64,000 nt of DNA, taken from Podarcis liolepis (taxonomy: Eukaryota). Made by a program: the position numbers and the translations under genes. Under the pieces are notes generated by a model. That model saw only the letters and a list, made by a program, of their open reading frames with translations, had not been told where the DNA came from and did not search any database. The DNA is taken from NCBI GenBank assembly GCA_965112155.1, contig OZ218107.1. One strand, 5' to 3'. Numbering within the stretch: position 1 is the first letter of the stretch; the number at the start of each line of letters is the position of its first letter. Positions 39,746 to 50,993 of this stretch are shown piece after piece.

Positions 39746-39933
39746 ATGCCTCCAGATTTTGATTTGAGCAATGCTAAAAGACAGGATTTTGAGCCTGCTA
39801 TAGAAAAGGCAAGATACAATAGCTGCTTGAAGAAGACAAGCGAAGACCACCAGCAGTTTTCTATAGCGACTCCTGTCAAAACTGAGCAGTTAGAATCTTC
39901 TTTGAGTACTTCTGAACAAGATCAGCAAAGCAG
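39746..39933 (+). CDS. RAD52: RAD52 coding exon 7 (MPPDFDLSNAKRQDFEPAIEKARYNSC...DQQS)
   Basis: AKRQD.EP..E.ARYNSC conserved; cctag|ATG; weak donor AG|gttgga (phase 2, matches the next exon). Confidence 0.88.
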
Positions 39934-40294
39934 GTTGGAGATCTAATACACTAGATACGTAAGCTTATACAGTAAGCCCGCAACTTATGCACATTTAACT
40001 TGTGCCTATTCAGCTTTACTCGCTTGGCAAAAATAAATAAAAGCAATGAAAAAGAGAGTGGCTGGCTGGTTGGGGCAAAAAAGACTTTGGTAATCCCACC
40101 CACGATAAACTAGTGTTCATTCACTGAGATGGCAGGAGAAAGACTGGTTTGTGAGAAGTACCTCCTAGTATAACCTTAGGCCAAATCTTGTAGGATAAAG
40201 CCGCCTTCCTTTATGGACCACTGGATGCATGTAAGTAGACAGAATAGGGAATCTGAGGCAAGGGAAGCTCTGTAGTTGAATAATTTATGCAAAT

Positions 40295-40524
40295 TATAGT
40301 GGTACCTCTGGTTAAGTACTTAATTCGTTCCAGAGGTCTGATCTTAACCTGAAACTGTTCTTAACCTGAAGCACCACTTTAGCTAATGGGGCCTCCTGCT
40401 GCTGCCGCACTGCCGGAGCACAATTTCTGTTCTCATTCTGAAGCAAAGTTCTTAACCTGAGGTACTATATCTGGGTTAGCGGAGTCTGTAACCTGAAGCG
40501 TATGTAACCCAAGGTACTACTGTA
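40295..40524. mobile_element. Tigger/mariner-like MITE
   Basis: TA-TAGTGGTACCTCTGGTTA ... TAACCCAAGGTACTACTG-TA inverted termini, TA TSD, repeated TTAACCTGA motifs. Confidence 0.8.
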
Positions 40525-40680
40525 CAAGTGAATGTAGTTACACAGCGTGGGCTATTGCCATATATGCTAAAGTGTCATCCCCCACCCCCCACCCTGGTTA
40601 TATTGTCTACTCTGAGCAAGTATGGTTATGAAATGGGGAATTTAGTGGTAACATTCCCTTCTTCCTGTATTCTCTGGTAG

Positions 40681-40814
40681 TGAGGTCTCGCTGTGTGATG
40701 CAACATACCACCGGAAGTTGCGGCAGAAACAACTTCAGCAGCAGTTCAGACAGCAGATGCAGAAGAAACAGCAAATCCAGTCAACTACTCCAGCTTGTGA
40801 ACCTAGAGGTCAAG
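40681..40814 (+). CDS. RAD52: RAD52 coding exon 8 (EVSLCDATYHRKLRQKQLQQQFRQQMQKK...), RPA-binding region
   Basis: RKLRQKQLQQQF conserved; ggtag|T ... G|gtaaaa. Confidence 0.93.
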
Positions 40815-41979
40815 GTAAAATGCTAGTTAGAACCTGTATCCGCTGCACTGCAAAGAAGCTCAGAATGGGCAGATGAAGTGCCAAAGTAACAGGGCCAATT
40901 ATTTCCTGCTGTGTTAACTGTGTCAATGTAAGAGTTGAAAGTGAGGTGTTAAACAATTGTGTTTTCCCTGGATATGACTCTCTTTAAAGAGGTCAAAGTG
41001 AGGGCTTAACCCAAACTTTAATCTGCTGCTGCAGCTGCTTTGACTAGCATCTGAGGTTTTTTTAAACATTTTTGAAACTATCTCATTTGACTGGTTATTT
41101 ATCCATTCATTAATTTTTATGCAGTGCTGCATTTTTAGAGATTGAATTTTCCTGGCAAAATAAATGGCAGCAGAAACTTTTCTGTCCCATGTTGCTGAAT
41201 GTGTTAAAGAAGATATTTCCTTCCAATGCTGGTGTCAACTTTTGTTTGTTAAGTAGTTATGTCTCACTTCATCTAGCATTGTGAAAAAGGCACCTATTAT
41301 TGTAGGTTTCATAAAATGTAGATATAATTATTTAATCCATCAGTTAACTCAAATCAACAAAAAATTATATAATCAGAAGGCAGACCTAATATATTTTTGA
41401 AAAATAGTGCCTTGACCCAACCTATAAAAGTAGCAATATTAATAAAACCCATTAATAAGGTGATTGTCAGATTAGGGACTTGTTTTAATGTTGGTGTTTG
41501 TAAGCCCAATTCATCTGTAAGCCCCAACTAAGATGGCAGAACAGTGCAGCAGTCAGATCTGTGATGGAGATGGGGAGAGCAGCTGGTATATCAGTCTGGG
41601 TCCAGGCTAGGTTAGAGCATATTAATAACACCACCTATCTGTTGTTATTAATAGTTGAAATAACCATCTTTCTCCATATTGAGCCAAATTCAGATAAGTT
41701 GGCATTCCTTGCACGAAATGGAAATGAATAGCTTATTCATGCTGGGTCATTTAGGCAAGTCCTTTTTTGTCCCTATGATGTGAGACAGCTCTTGTGAAGA
41801 ATATTATTTGTTCAATTATCAATAAAGCCCAAACCACCACTATCCTGTCTCTCCCCCACCCCCCACCAGCCTAGGAAGACAGCTTATGCATTATTTCTAT
41901 GCAAGTAGTCTAAATCCAGAGAAATATGTACTCTTCCACTAATCTCAGTAACATTAAGCTTCTCTTTTATCTTGTCCAG

Positions 41980-42057
41980 AAGCATGTGCTCTTCCTGCTA
42001 TTAAGCACAGCACTTCAGCACAGCTGGAACCAGCTGTGGAAGAGGAGTTCCTTGCAG
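41980..42057 (+). CDS. RAD52: RAD52 coding exon 9 (EACALPAIKHSTSAQLEPAVEEEFLA)
   Basis: HST...FLA similarity; gtccag|AA ... G|gtgggt, phase 1-1. Confidence 0.87.
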
Positions 42058-42109
42058 GTGGGTGAGGGTTGTTGGTTCTTTTAGGTATTTTATACCATGG
42101 GTCACAAAT

Positions 42110-42220
42110 AAGAATCTCAGGGTCATGGGTTCGAGTCCCATGTTGGGCAAAAGATTCCTGCATTGTCAGGGGCTGGACTAGATGACCCTTGTGGTCCTTT
42201 CCAACTCTGATTCTATGATT
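42110..42220 (+). mobile_element. tRNA-headed SINE fragment with CR1-type tail
   Basis: B-box GGTTCGAGTCCC and the CR1 3' tail GGACTAGATGACC...ATTCTATGATT. Confidence 0.6.
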
Positions 42221-42224
42221 GTTC

Positions 42225-42590
42225 AGTTACAACAGCCAAGTCCTTAAAACCTGTTCAAAAGCAGAAAACAAAATGCACCACCTCTGGGGAGGAGATCCAT
42301 GGTGACTGGTCTGCCACTGGAAAACCCCCATCTCTTGTGCCCACCAGACTTGGAAGTCCTTACCAGCAGATCTGCAGGAAGAGCCTCTGCAGTTTATCTT
42401 ACTATCTGGTCCCAAGTCATTTACAGCTTTAAACATTAGCTCCCCAAATGCAGTAGGAACCAGGCCAGCTGATAAAGTCAGTGTTACATGCTCTGATCCG
42501 TTGGCTCCCATGAGCAACTGGTAGCCACATTGTATAAGAACTACAGCTTCCAAAAACAGCCCCACACAGTGTGCGTTTTAGTAAGTCTTG
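42225..42590 (-). mobile_element. L2-clade LINE 3' fragment
   Basis: Degraded translation (FKAVNDLGP; GLFLEAV) resembles the L2 ORF2 C-terminus. Confidence 0.45.
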
Positions 42591-42594
42591 CTGT

Positions 42595-42663
42595 AACTTA
42601 ATGCAGCATTTCAGGCAACTTAATGCAGCATTTCAGGCAACTTAATGCAGCATTTCAGGCAAC
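42595..42663. repeat. Perfect 22-bp tandem repeat x3 (AACTTAATGCAGCATTTCAGGC)
   Basis: Three identical units seen directly. Confidence 0.95.
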
Positions 42664-42956
42664 AGTTAGTGCAGGGCGCATGAAAAAGAAATGTGCATCC
42701 TTTTTCTAGATTCTCCTTCCTCCATCTGAGAGGAGAAACGGGTGGAGGCCCTTTGTAAGGCAAAATCAGTGGGCACAGAAGAAGCAAGCACCCCCGGTGT
42801 GTTCCTATGTCATTGCAAAACCCAAGCTTGGGATTTCATGTTTGCTGACACAATGTCTAGTTCCACCCTGTTACAGTTTTAACCCAGTGGCAGTCAAGCC
42901 GTGGAATGGAATGGTCAGCAGCTGACCCTTCACTGTTAATGTTCCATTTCTTCCAG

Positions 42957-43172
42957 ATGACCCTGAGCTTTGGGACTTACCTCTGGAGGCCACGGACCTT
43001 AGTGTTACCAATCACAGCACGGCAGCTGGGCCAGCCCAACACCCAGGCACACCTTGTGGGCAGCATAACATGATGACACGCAGCAGAACGCCACAAAAAA
43101 TAAATAACCAGAGGCCCTGTGCAAAACCTGCACTGCAGCATCCCTCTACTAGCCCTCGACCGCACATATCAG
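42957..43172 (+). CDS. RAD52: RAD52 coding exon 10 (DDPELWDLPLE...HNMMTRSRTPQKINNQRP...HIS)
   Basis: D..E.W and M.T..RTP motifs; ttccag|AT ... G|gtaagt. Confidence 0.9.
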
Positions 43173-43572
43173 GTAAGTTTAAGAGGTGGAGAAGCAAATG
43201 TAGACAGCAGCAGAAACTGGGTAATATAGGGTGGTGGTTTGTCAACAATGGGGCAAGCATGTATATCTATTTTAGCTTAGAACACTCAAATTGCAAATCA
43301 TCTACGCTACCTCTGAATCTTGCGGTGCCCAGCAACGAGCGGTGAAAGATTTCTTGCTACTTTTTTGGTGCTTTCGGTCTCAAAGCCTCCTCCAAGATTT
43401 CGGCAACTTGCGTCGAAGTAAAGGTGTTTTAAGATGCAGTTCTAAGTTCAGGCTTTGCAAACTGTTCGGAGAAATGGTCTCTTGAAGAGAGAGGACAAAA
43501 GTAGGTAATATCTCAGTTGTGTAAGAGACTTGTAAAGAAAGTTCTCCTACATACAATTGTTTCCTGTTTTAG

Positions 43573-43634
43573 CTGAATGCAGCCCATACAGGAGGAGCCA
43601 AGGGATGAAGAAGAGAAGGCTGGAGCCTGCATAG
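43573..43634 (+). CDS. RAD52: RAD52 last coding exon (AECSPYRRSQGMKKRRLEPA*), C-terminal NLS
   Basis: ttttag|CT; SQ.MKKR NLS; TAG at 43632-43634; total CDS 1209 nt = 402 aa. Confidence 0.92.
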
Positions 43635-44157
43635 CAGAAGATGAATGACTTGACTGTGGTGCTTTATCTGTTCAGGTTTCAGAACGCAATTTGCACTCAG
43701 AAGTTTCAGAATGGAGAATATTCTTCAGACCTCACTATATCAAGCACTAAACAGGAAAAAAGTTGTGCTCATGATTTTTCAGAATTTGAAAGTTTTAAAC
43801 ATTTCCATCAACTGTATCTTCAGAAAAGAATATCAGTATTTTTCTCTGTTAAGATTAACAGATGTAACTCCATATCCAAATACAAAACATTCCTTTATTC
43901 TTAACTCCCTTTATTGTAATAGGAAGGAATCCATTTTAACAAGGCTGCATCTTGTAAAGCAAGGCAAACTATTTTTGTACTATTTGCCCTTTCCTAAGGA
44001 AAAAAATAGAACCAAAGCTGAAGGAATGTAACAGCATTTTTAAAATGTACTTTGAAACAAGTTTTGTGTAACTGTAATAGTAATTTACTTTTGTGGAATG
44101 AAAAGTTTTTTAAGGCTAGGATGCCAGTGTGCTAATTATGCAATGTGAATCCTGCTT

Positions 44158-44283
44158 ATTAAAGTGGTTAAATTAAAGCTTTTCATTCAGAAAAGCTGTG
44201 AGATTTGATGTCCCACTGTATGAAGACTGGAGCCAGCCACACATACAGTTTTATCATATTTCCCTTGTTCTCTTTCAAATAAA
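44158..44283 (+). terminator. RAD52: RAD52 polyadenylation signal region
   Basis: ATTAAA at 44158 and 44172, AATAAA at 44278 after an AT-rich 3'UTR. Confidence 0.55.
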
Positions 44284-45004
44284 GAAAAATGTTGGAGGCT
44301 AATAGTTGGACACGAAGCTTACTAAAGAGGTTCAGAATTGATATACAGGCAACAGCCATTTTGTATGCATCCAATTGATGTGTGACCGCTAACGCCTGGC
44401 TCCTTTTGGACCCGGAATGGGGCGGCCTATGAATGTTCTGCTGGCGCTTGTGTGGGCCACGACTGGAATCACTGTGCAAAATGGTTGCTGCCGAGGTTGA
44501 ATCTTCCTACTTAGAACCAGTCAAGAGTAAAGGAAAGATGCTGTATTTTGGCATATACAGTTTATAAGTTATATATGTGGCTGGAGGAATTCTCTGGGTA
44601 ATTAGGACTATCATTTTTTCTGCAGTGTGTTTTGGTAAAAGCAAATTATTTAAATTTAATGAAGCAAGGCCAACAAAACACTGAATAGGTCAACATCAAC
44701 AATCTTAGGTGGTTTACTGGCACGACCTCACAGTGTAAATTGATTACTACCAAATTGCCCATTTTAGATTTCTATTATGGAAGTATTATCTGTGGAAAGA
44801 TCTTTTCAAAAGGTATAAGTCTCAGAAACCAAATAATAAATTTTCAAGTATTATTTAAATATTTGTTTGAAGGCACCTGCACTCCTTCAAACTCAAATGA
44901 TTGTTAACAATAATGCTAGTGGGAGTAACAAGAGCTCACTAACAATTGTTAAGCTTCGGGCACAGGAGGAACCAAGGCCATTCGAAAATGAAAAACCACA
45001 GCTC

Positions 45005-47489
45005 AACAAAAGCAGGTTTGGTTTATTTGAATGATTTCATTAAATATCTACAAAGAAGGTAACAAACTGCAGCACAAAGCGCAATCATACAGGAAGCGCA
45101 ATGCCTGGATTTAGTGCAAAACATACCATTAACTACGGCCAGGGAAGCCCAAGGTTTGAATTCATTTTATTTTATTTTTTTACAGTGTACATTGTTAAAT
45201 AATGTAAAGAAAACATCTGTAATTCAGAAACAGATCTTGTGGAAAAAGGTATTCAAAGTGTAATAACACAAAATAATTTAACAGTTCAGTAGCATTAGTT
45301 AATTCCTCTAGACCTCAGTTATTTCATCCACAGGAGGGAAATCAATGGTAAATAAAACCAGTACTTGCATAACTAAGTGAAAACTCGACCTCAAACATAT
45401 TAAACCAAAATACTATCCTTGTGCAACACTCAGCTGACTAGATCTTCTAACATTTGGTGGCATCTTTTCATCCATTGCTCCTTCCTGCTTTCTGCACATC
45501 AACCTCACCTTGAATTTCCCATCTCACCTGTGAGGACTTTTTTTTAATTCTGAAAAGTTGTTGAATCCCAGCCACCTAGACTTACGTCTTTTGTTTTCAG
45601 CCACCGGGTCCAAATCCTACCTCTGCCTGACAAAACCACTGTAAACTTCAACTTGAGGCGAAGGGAAGAAAAGAAAGAAAGACTTGTGCATATGTTTGAG
45701 GGAAGAGTGAAAGAAATACAGAAAGAACAAATGTCCTTGCTAACTTTAGAGGACTTCCGGGGGTGGGGAAAGAGAAAACAGACTTCCAGACCAAGCAGTA
45801 AAGCTGCTCCCAAGTCCAAAGCAGAAGTACTTTGACTTCACAGCCTGCTGCTGCAATGCAAAGTAATACTAGTTGGTTGCAGTTATTTCATTTGATCGGG
45901 GAAACCAGTATTTTGAGTTAGAAAGAGGAAGGCGAGTAGGAGATATAGCACACCTACTAAAAGGCAACACAGTTAGTTACAGTCCTGGTACCAGTTTTAA
46001 GTCCTTTAGACATAGAAAGAAAAAGTTGTTTTTGATGCTGGCTGTTTCAAGTGTATCCATCCTTAGCAATGGATGCTGCACCAGGAAGATGTGTTCCTGG
46101 CCTTTCAGGATTGGATTGACAGGCAGGGCAGGGGGGGAGCAAATCCCAGCAAACACCCTCCCTCTCCAGAGTGATCGCTCCAATCCCTTGACATACCATT
46201 ACCCTTACTAAAAAATCTTTATAGCTTAAAAGTCAACCCACCCATAGGTGCTTACCCCTTCAAAGATGTCCCTCTTTTTCCCAACTTCCCTTATTCTCAA
46301 CAACCCAGCTTCTACTCTGGTCACTGTGTTCATTCTCTTCGGCACCTCCGCATAAATCCCTCACTGCTGCTGCTGCATCAGCCACATCAGTTTCCCCCAC
46401 CACTCCATAGCTTTACTCTTCCGACACAAAAGCTGCAATAGCTCCCCCTCCAACACCTACTCTTGACACTATTACAGTATAAGCATCCAATGTGTTATGC
46501 CTTTGGTATTCCAGTGACTATATCCAAATAACCTCCCTCTGCCTGGCGAAAGTCTGCTGGGAAGGTGATGCTAACTGTAGAAGCAATAAAAGTCCAAGGC
46601 ACTAAAATATCCAGCAAGCATACTGGGAGAACAGACAAGTATTCAAGTACATTAATTTATACAATTATACATTCACATTTATCTAATACAATGAAAATAC
46701 AAAGGAAAAAAAGTTAAAGTGTCTCCAATAAGTATCAGGATATAGCTAGCTTTTCCCCCATTTTTTTTTCCTTTTTAACTGTTTAACCCTCTATATGCCA
46801 CTCATTTTTTTTAAACTACTGTTGTCCAACAACATTTATATATCACAGTGTTTCCACATCAAAACTGATGGTAAGTACATGTCCGCAGGGAACTTTTTAA
46901 AAAATTTGTCTTCTAAACAATTTAAATTGCTCTAATGCTGCAGTCAAAGCTGTTAATATCTTTTACTTAAAGCAGTAATGACCTATGTCAAAGCACGGGC
47001 TGTTCTGCAAGTCCACTTGTGTGCCCCATCAGCTCAGGAACTTCGGTGTGATGGTCTGACGGAAGGAAGAGACATGGAAATAATGGACAGCTCCCCCCAC
47101 CCCCGGCTTAATTCCTCAGAGCAAGACAAATGGCATACTAAAGATTCATGCTAAAACTAACAACAATTCTCCCGTCTCAACCCATGTAGATTCAGCATCT
47201 TAAGCCAAATGAATTTTACAGCACGAAGCCCTTGGCTTGTGTGGTAGCTTTCATCTTTACACACTTGCCACAGACGAGAGGAAGCATGTCCCATCGTGGA
47301 AGATCCTGATCACTCTTCTCCCCATATTCAAAATGAAGGGCTTTTCTTACGGAGAGCAGAGAGCAATGGTTAGAGGAGGAAGTTCACCCCCCCCCTTTGG
47401 GCGCTAATAGCCAGTTCACTGCAGCCTAGTGGTTGATTCAGGGCCTGATCTCCCCCCTCAAGTCTACCCAGCAGCATGCCTGGGTCTCA
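45005..47489 (-). other. WNK1: WNK1 3'UTR (~2.5 kb, AU-rich, no recognised repeats)
   Basis: Lies between the TAA stop and the poly(A) signals; ATTTA and TGTA motifs; no transposon relics recognised. Confidence 0.7.
45022..45176 (-). terminator. WNK1: WNK1 distal polyadenylation signals
   Basis: AATAAA on the minus strand at 45022-45027 followed by a GT/T-rich element, plus tandem AATAAA at ~45166-45176. Confidence 0.65.
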
Positions 47490-47804
47490 TTAAGTGGTCC
47501 GCAGATTAGAGCCAGGGGGGTTGCTGATGGATTTCTGCAAGTTGCTGATGTTGAAGCTTTGCAATGAGGTGGCACCTACAGGCTGGAACTGGCCTAAAGG
47601 CTGCGGTGCTGGACCACCTGTCCCGCTCCAGGGAGCTACAAAGGGCACTGCTGGGAAACCGTATGGCTGAGGGGGGCACATGGCCTTTGTGAAGTGACCT
47701 AGGGAGGTAGCTGACGCAGCAGAGATGGGTGTAGCACCAAGGGAGGACGTCATCGAGATGCAGAGCTGACCTGGTGCAGAGAACTTCCTTGCCATTCCTG
47801 GGCC
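47490..47804 (-). CDS. WNK1: WNK1 terminal coding exon (GPGMARKFSAPGQLCISMT...SNPPGSNLRTT*)
   Basis: C-terminus recognisable as WNK1; tttttag|GGC; TAA at 47490-47492. Confidence 0.97.
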   Translation of the reverse strand, partial: GPGMARKFSAPGQLCISMTSSLGATPISAASATSLGHFTKAMCPPQPYGFPAVPFVAPWSGTGGPAPQPLGQFQPVGATSLQSFNISNLQKSISNPPGSNLRTT

Positions 47805-47968
47805 CTAAAAACAAAACCCAACCCAAGAGGTTATTTCAGAATTGCCAAACAATGTTAAAACAGTCCTTAGAGGCTTCTCCCTCAGAAATGTGTCAGATTC
47901 TTCCATGAATGATTTGTAAGTTGGCCGAGTGCCTACGACCAGATAAAATGCCCCAAGCAAGTACTGAC

Positions 47969-48150
47969 CTCATAATTGCCATGCCCCTTGCCTCCTTTCT
48001 TGCCAGAGAGGCTCATGGCATCGCGAGCCCAGTTGTCTACTAGCTTGTGCAGGTCATCCGTAAAGGTCCCTTTTCGACTAGAGGCAGGAGGCTGAGACTG
48101 AGGTGCCTGGCTGTTCACTGTACCCGCAACAGTGTTTGTACTGCTGGTCC
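47969..48150 (-). CDS. WNK1: WNK1 exon 27-equivalent (TSSTNTV...RKGTFTDDLHKLVDNWARDAM...NYE)
   Basis: Conserved FTDDLHKLVDNW amphipathic helix; ttctag|GG ... GAG|gtcagt. Confidence 0.97.
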
Positions 48151-48662
48151 CTAGAAGAGCAAAGCAATGGCTGTCATTTAAACCTGACTGTATGATAGTT
48201 CCTGAAGGCCATCAAAACTATAGCTACAATGGAAAAATAGGAGAAAGCAAGAGTTTAAAAAGCCATGCACATGAATTCTACAATTCAGTACCAGGACATA
48301 ATGAAGAGGAAGGGATTTAGGGCTCAGCTAGCAGTTTCACTCCTATTAGGTTAATCATGTAATTGTGTGTTATTTTCCAGATCAGTGGGTGGTCTGCAAC
48401 GTTGCCATTTTCCACTGGGGAATGAACTAACTTTTGGTATCAATGACAGGTCCATGATTAATGGGTTCCTCTATATTGTCAACAAGCACCTATTATATCA
48501 AGCTAATGCTACTGCCAACTCTGCCCACTCACTCAGCACGGACAGCTGCTCTGCTCTGCAGATGGAAACTAAGAAGCCCCAGGGACTCGTTATTGGAACG
48601 AGACATTGTATTACTGGCAGGTACTTCCATCTTCATGAATGTACCTGAACCTGCTGGCTTAC

Positions 48663-48785
48663 TGTCCAAGCACAACAGTGCCAAAAGGAAGCGGCAAACC
48701 ATCACCTGGTGCTTCCAACTCAGATGGCAGCTTCCAGGAGAACCTGCACATTTGGGTTTCACACCATACAGAATTTTATACAGCT
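48663..48785 (-). CDS. WNK1: Candidate additional WNK1 cassette exon (123 nt, LYKILYGVKPKCAGSPGSCHLSWKHQVMVCRFLLALLCLD)
   Basis: Strong acceptor ccttgcatttctctttgcag, strong donor GACA|gtaagc, phase 1-1, no stop; no homology recognised. Confidence 0.35.
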
Positions 48786-50951
48786 CTGCAAAGAGAAATG
48801 CAAGGAACTGTTTCAGTTTAGAATATGGCACCTGGTAGGATCAAATTCTAAGAATGAAGGGAAATCCAAAGCATCCAAGTTTCTGCTGTGATGGCCATTC
48901 TATAGCAAATCTGTAGTGGAATGGTGTGAAAGAGTTGTTTTTACTTGTCCAAAATGGTTATTCAGGAAGCAGCAACCTAAATGCAAGAGTTTAAGAGTGT
49001 TGAGAACCCCACATGTGCTATGAAACAAGCACCATGACCACTGAGATAGGACACTGTCTCCAATGTATAGAAGCCAATGAGCCCATTGCATTGCTCAAGA
49101 CTGTACAAGAAGTGCATCTGGGAAAGCCTTCAGTACAATTCAAGTCCACTGAAAAGGCCTTCCTATTTCAACACAAGGAAGGAGTGAAGGTACAACCTGA
49201 TGAAAAACAGCTGAGGAAACACCAATTAGACCAGTAGAAGGTAGCACATTAATTCCACCCAGCTTGCTCCTGGGACTGTCAAAATAATGGAATCAAAGCT
49301 TTATAAGAAGTCAAAGAGGGAACCAAGAGTTCCCACTGCACAAGACTCAAATCTAAAAACTGATAATCCATTCCCGCTGCTCAAGAACTTGCTGTCAGAA
49401 GCAAAGTCATAGGTACTGGCAACTTAACTGGACCCTTGATTCTTTGGGATAAAACTGGCCTCCCTGAATCCAAGCCAGATTAGACAATAATTCAAAACAT
49501 TATAATTGGTTAGAGCAACTGAGCAAGGTGCCACTGCATTGTGAAATACAAACAAGCGGATAAAACTAGCCAAGGTGGTGAAAGACGCAGCAGTCCCCCC
49601 CAAAAAACTACTAAATAAGATGGGAGTGGTGCTCATCCACATGCAGGGAAGAGGAAGGAGGAAGAATCCTCTGCCCAGGTGAGAGGAAGGAATGCAGAGT
49701 TAATAGTAATAAGATCGTAACTGTGTAACATGCAAAGGAAACTATACTTGTGATGCAACAAGATTCAGCCATGTAGTGTGAGAAACTGGAACACAAACGC
49801 ACATCTAAGTAAAAAAAATGAGCAACCTGAAGAATACTACAGGGAACAGGCAACAGAGATTTTAAAAAAGTGGTGGTGGTGGTAAGAATCTTGATACATG
49901 GTACCAATAAAAATATCAGTGCATTCTCCTGACAACAATTTCATGCAGGGACCGGCACATATCCATCAGCCCCTTCCTGATGGCCAGAAAACACAGCTCT
50001 TGTTGCAATGCCCAGACACTGCCCCCCAATAGTAAATTGGGGGTGGGGAGAGAGTTTCAATCCAGAAGTGATAGGTGGGGTCTGTTAATGTTTGGCTTTT
50101 TACTTTACAAGCTGTTGAAAATGCACCAGATTGTCTTCCCTCTAAAACAAAAATATAAGAGGGAATGTCATATTAAATGTGAGCTGTATTGAAAATACTC
50201 TTGTGTCTGGTTTATTATGAAGCCAGTTCTCGAGACACTTCATCTACTGAACCAGCCATCAAGAAGAGTCTGACAAGCACTTAGGTCAGTGACCATGGGG
50301 AAAAAACCTCCCTCCAATCTTGCTCAGTCACAGCAAACGTTACAGAAACTTATTTCGGCTCTTCATACAACTGAACAAATGCAGAGGCTTAACTGGCCCT
50401 GTGGATCACATCACTGCACACGCCGCTGCTCCTTCCCCACCTTAACGCTGCCAATTTGCTTCACTCCCATTTACTGACTCTTCATTGATGATGACACTTT
50501 CTCCTGTTGTGGGTACTCTCTAAGGACATCTGGGTCCATGCCCTTCCTCTTAGTAAGATATGGAAGCTCCTTTTGAAATTGGATCAGTGCTTAGGGCAAA
50601 CCCCTTCCGCTATGATCACTGCACACAAAGCCCATGAACGAGGGAGATTTTGCCTTCTGACCCAAAATGCTGCAAATTACTTGTGCTAATGTACACTTTG
50701 GCATCATTACTCGTCAGCAAGGAGGACACAGGTGACTGATAGTCAAAACATGCCATTCCAGCAAGGAACTGCCGTCGTGAGGTGGCCAGGCCTGTTGCAG
50801 TGTTAGTGCAGAAACAAGTTAGAAAGGGACACAGAGACAGATGCTGTGCTCAAGACAGATTCAGGGAGGTTAAGCTTCAGAGATCAGAGGAAAACTTAAA
50901 CACAGCAGCTTGGCAATCAGAGTTCAGAAGTAACCAAAATGCAATAATTAC

Positions 50952-50993
50952 TACAGAGCTGGTTGCAAGGGCAGACTTTTTTCACCATCTTCC
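50952..50993 (-). CDS. WNK1: WNK1 cassette microexon 26b-type (42 nt, RKMVKKVCPCNQLC)
   Basis: ccctaac branch site, ttctctttgtgcttcag|GG ... TGTA|gtaatt, phase 1-1; peptide recalled from WNK1 isoforms. Confidence 0.8.

Noticed and set aside
42595-42663. CRISPR-like repeat
   Set aside because: No spacers, vertebrate context, simple tandem repeat
49611-49907. Further WNK1 cassette exon candidates (acceptor-like sites near 49815 and 49670)
   Set aside because: The phase-1 frames hit stops quickly and no good donor was found; a poison exon cannot be fully excluded
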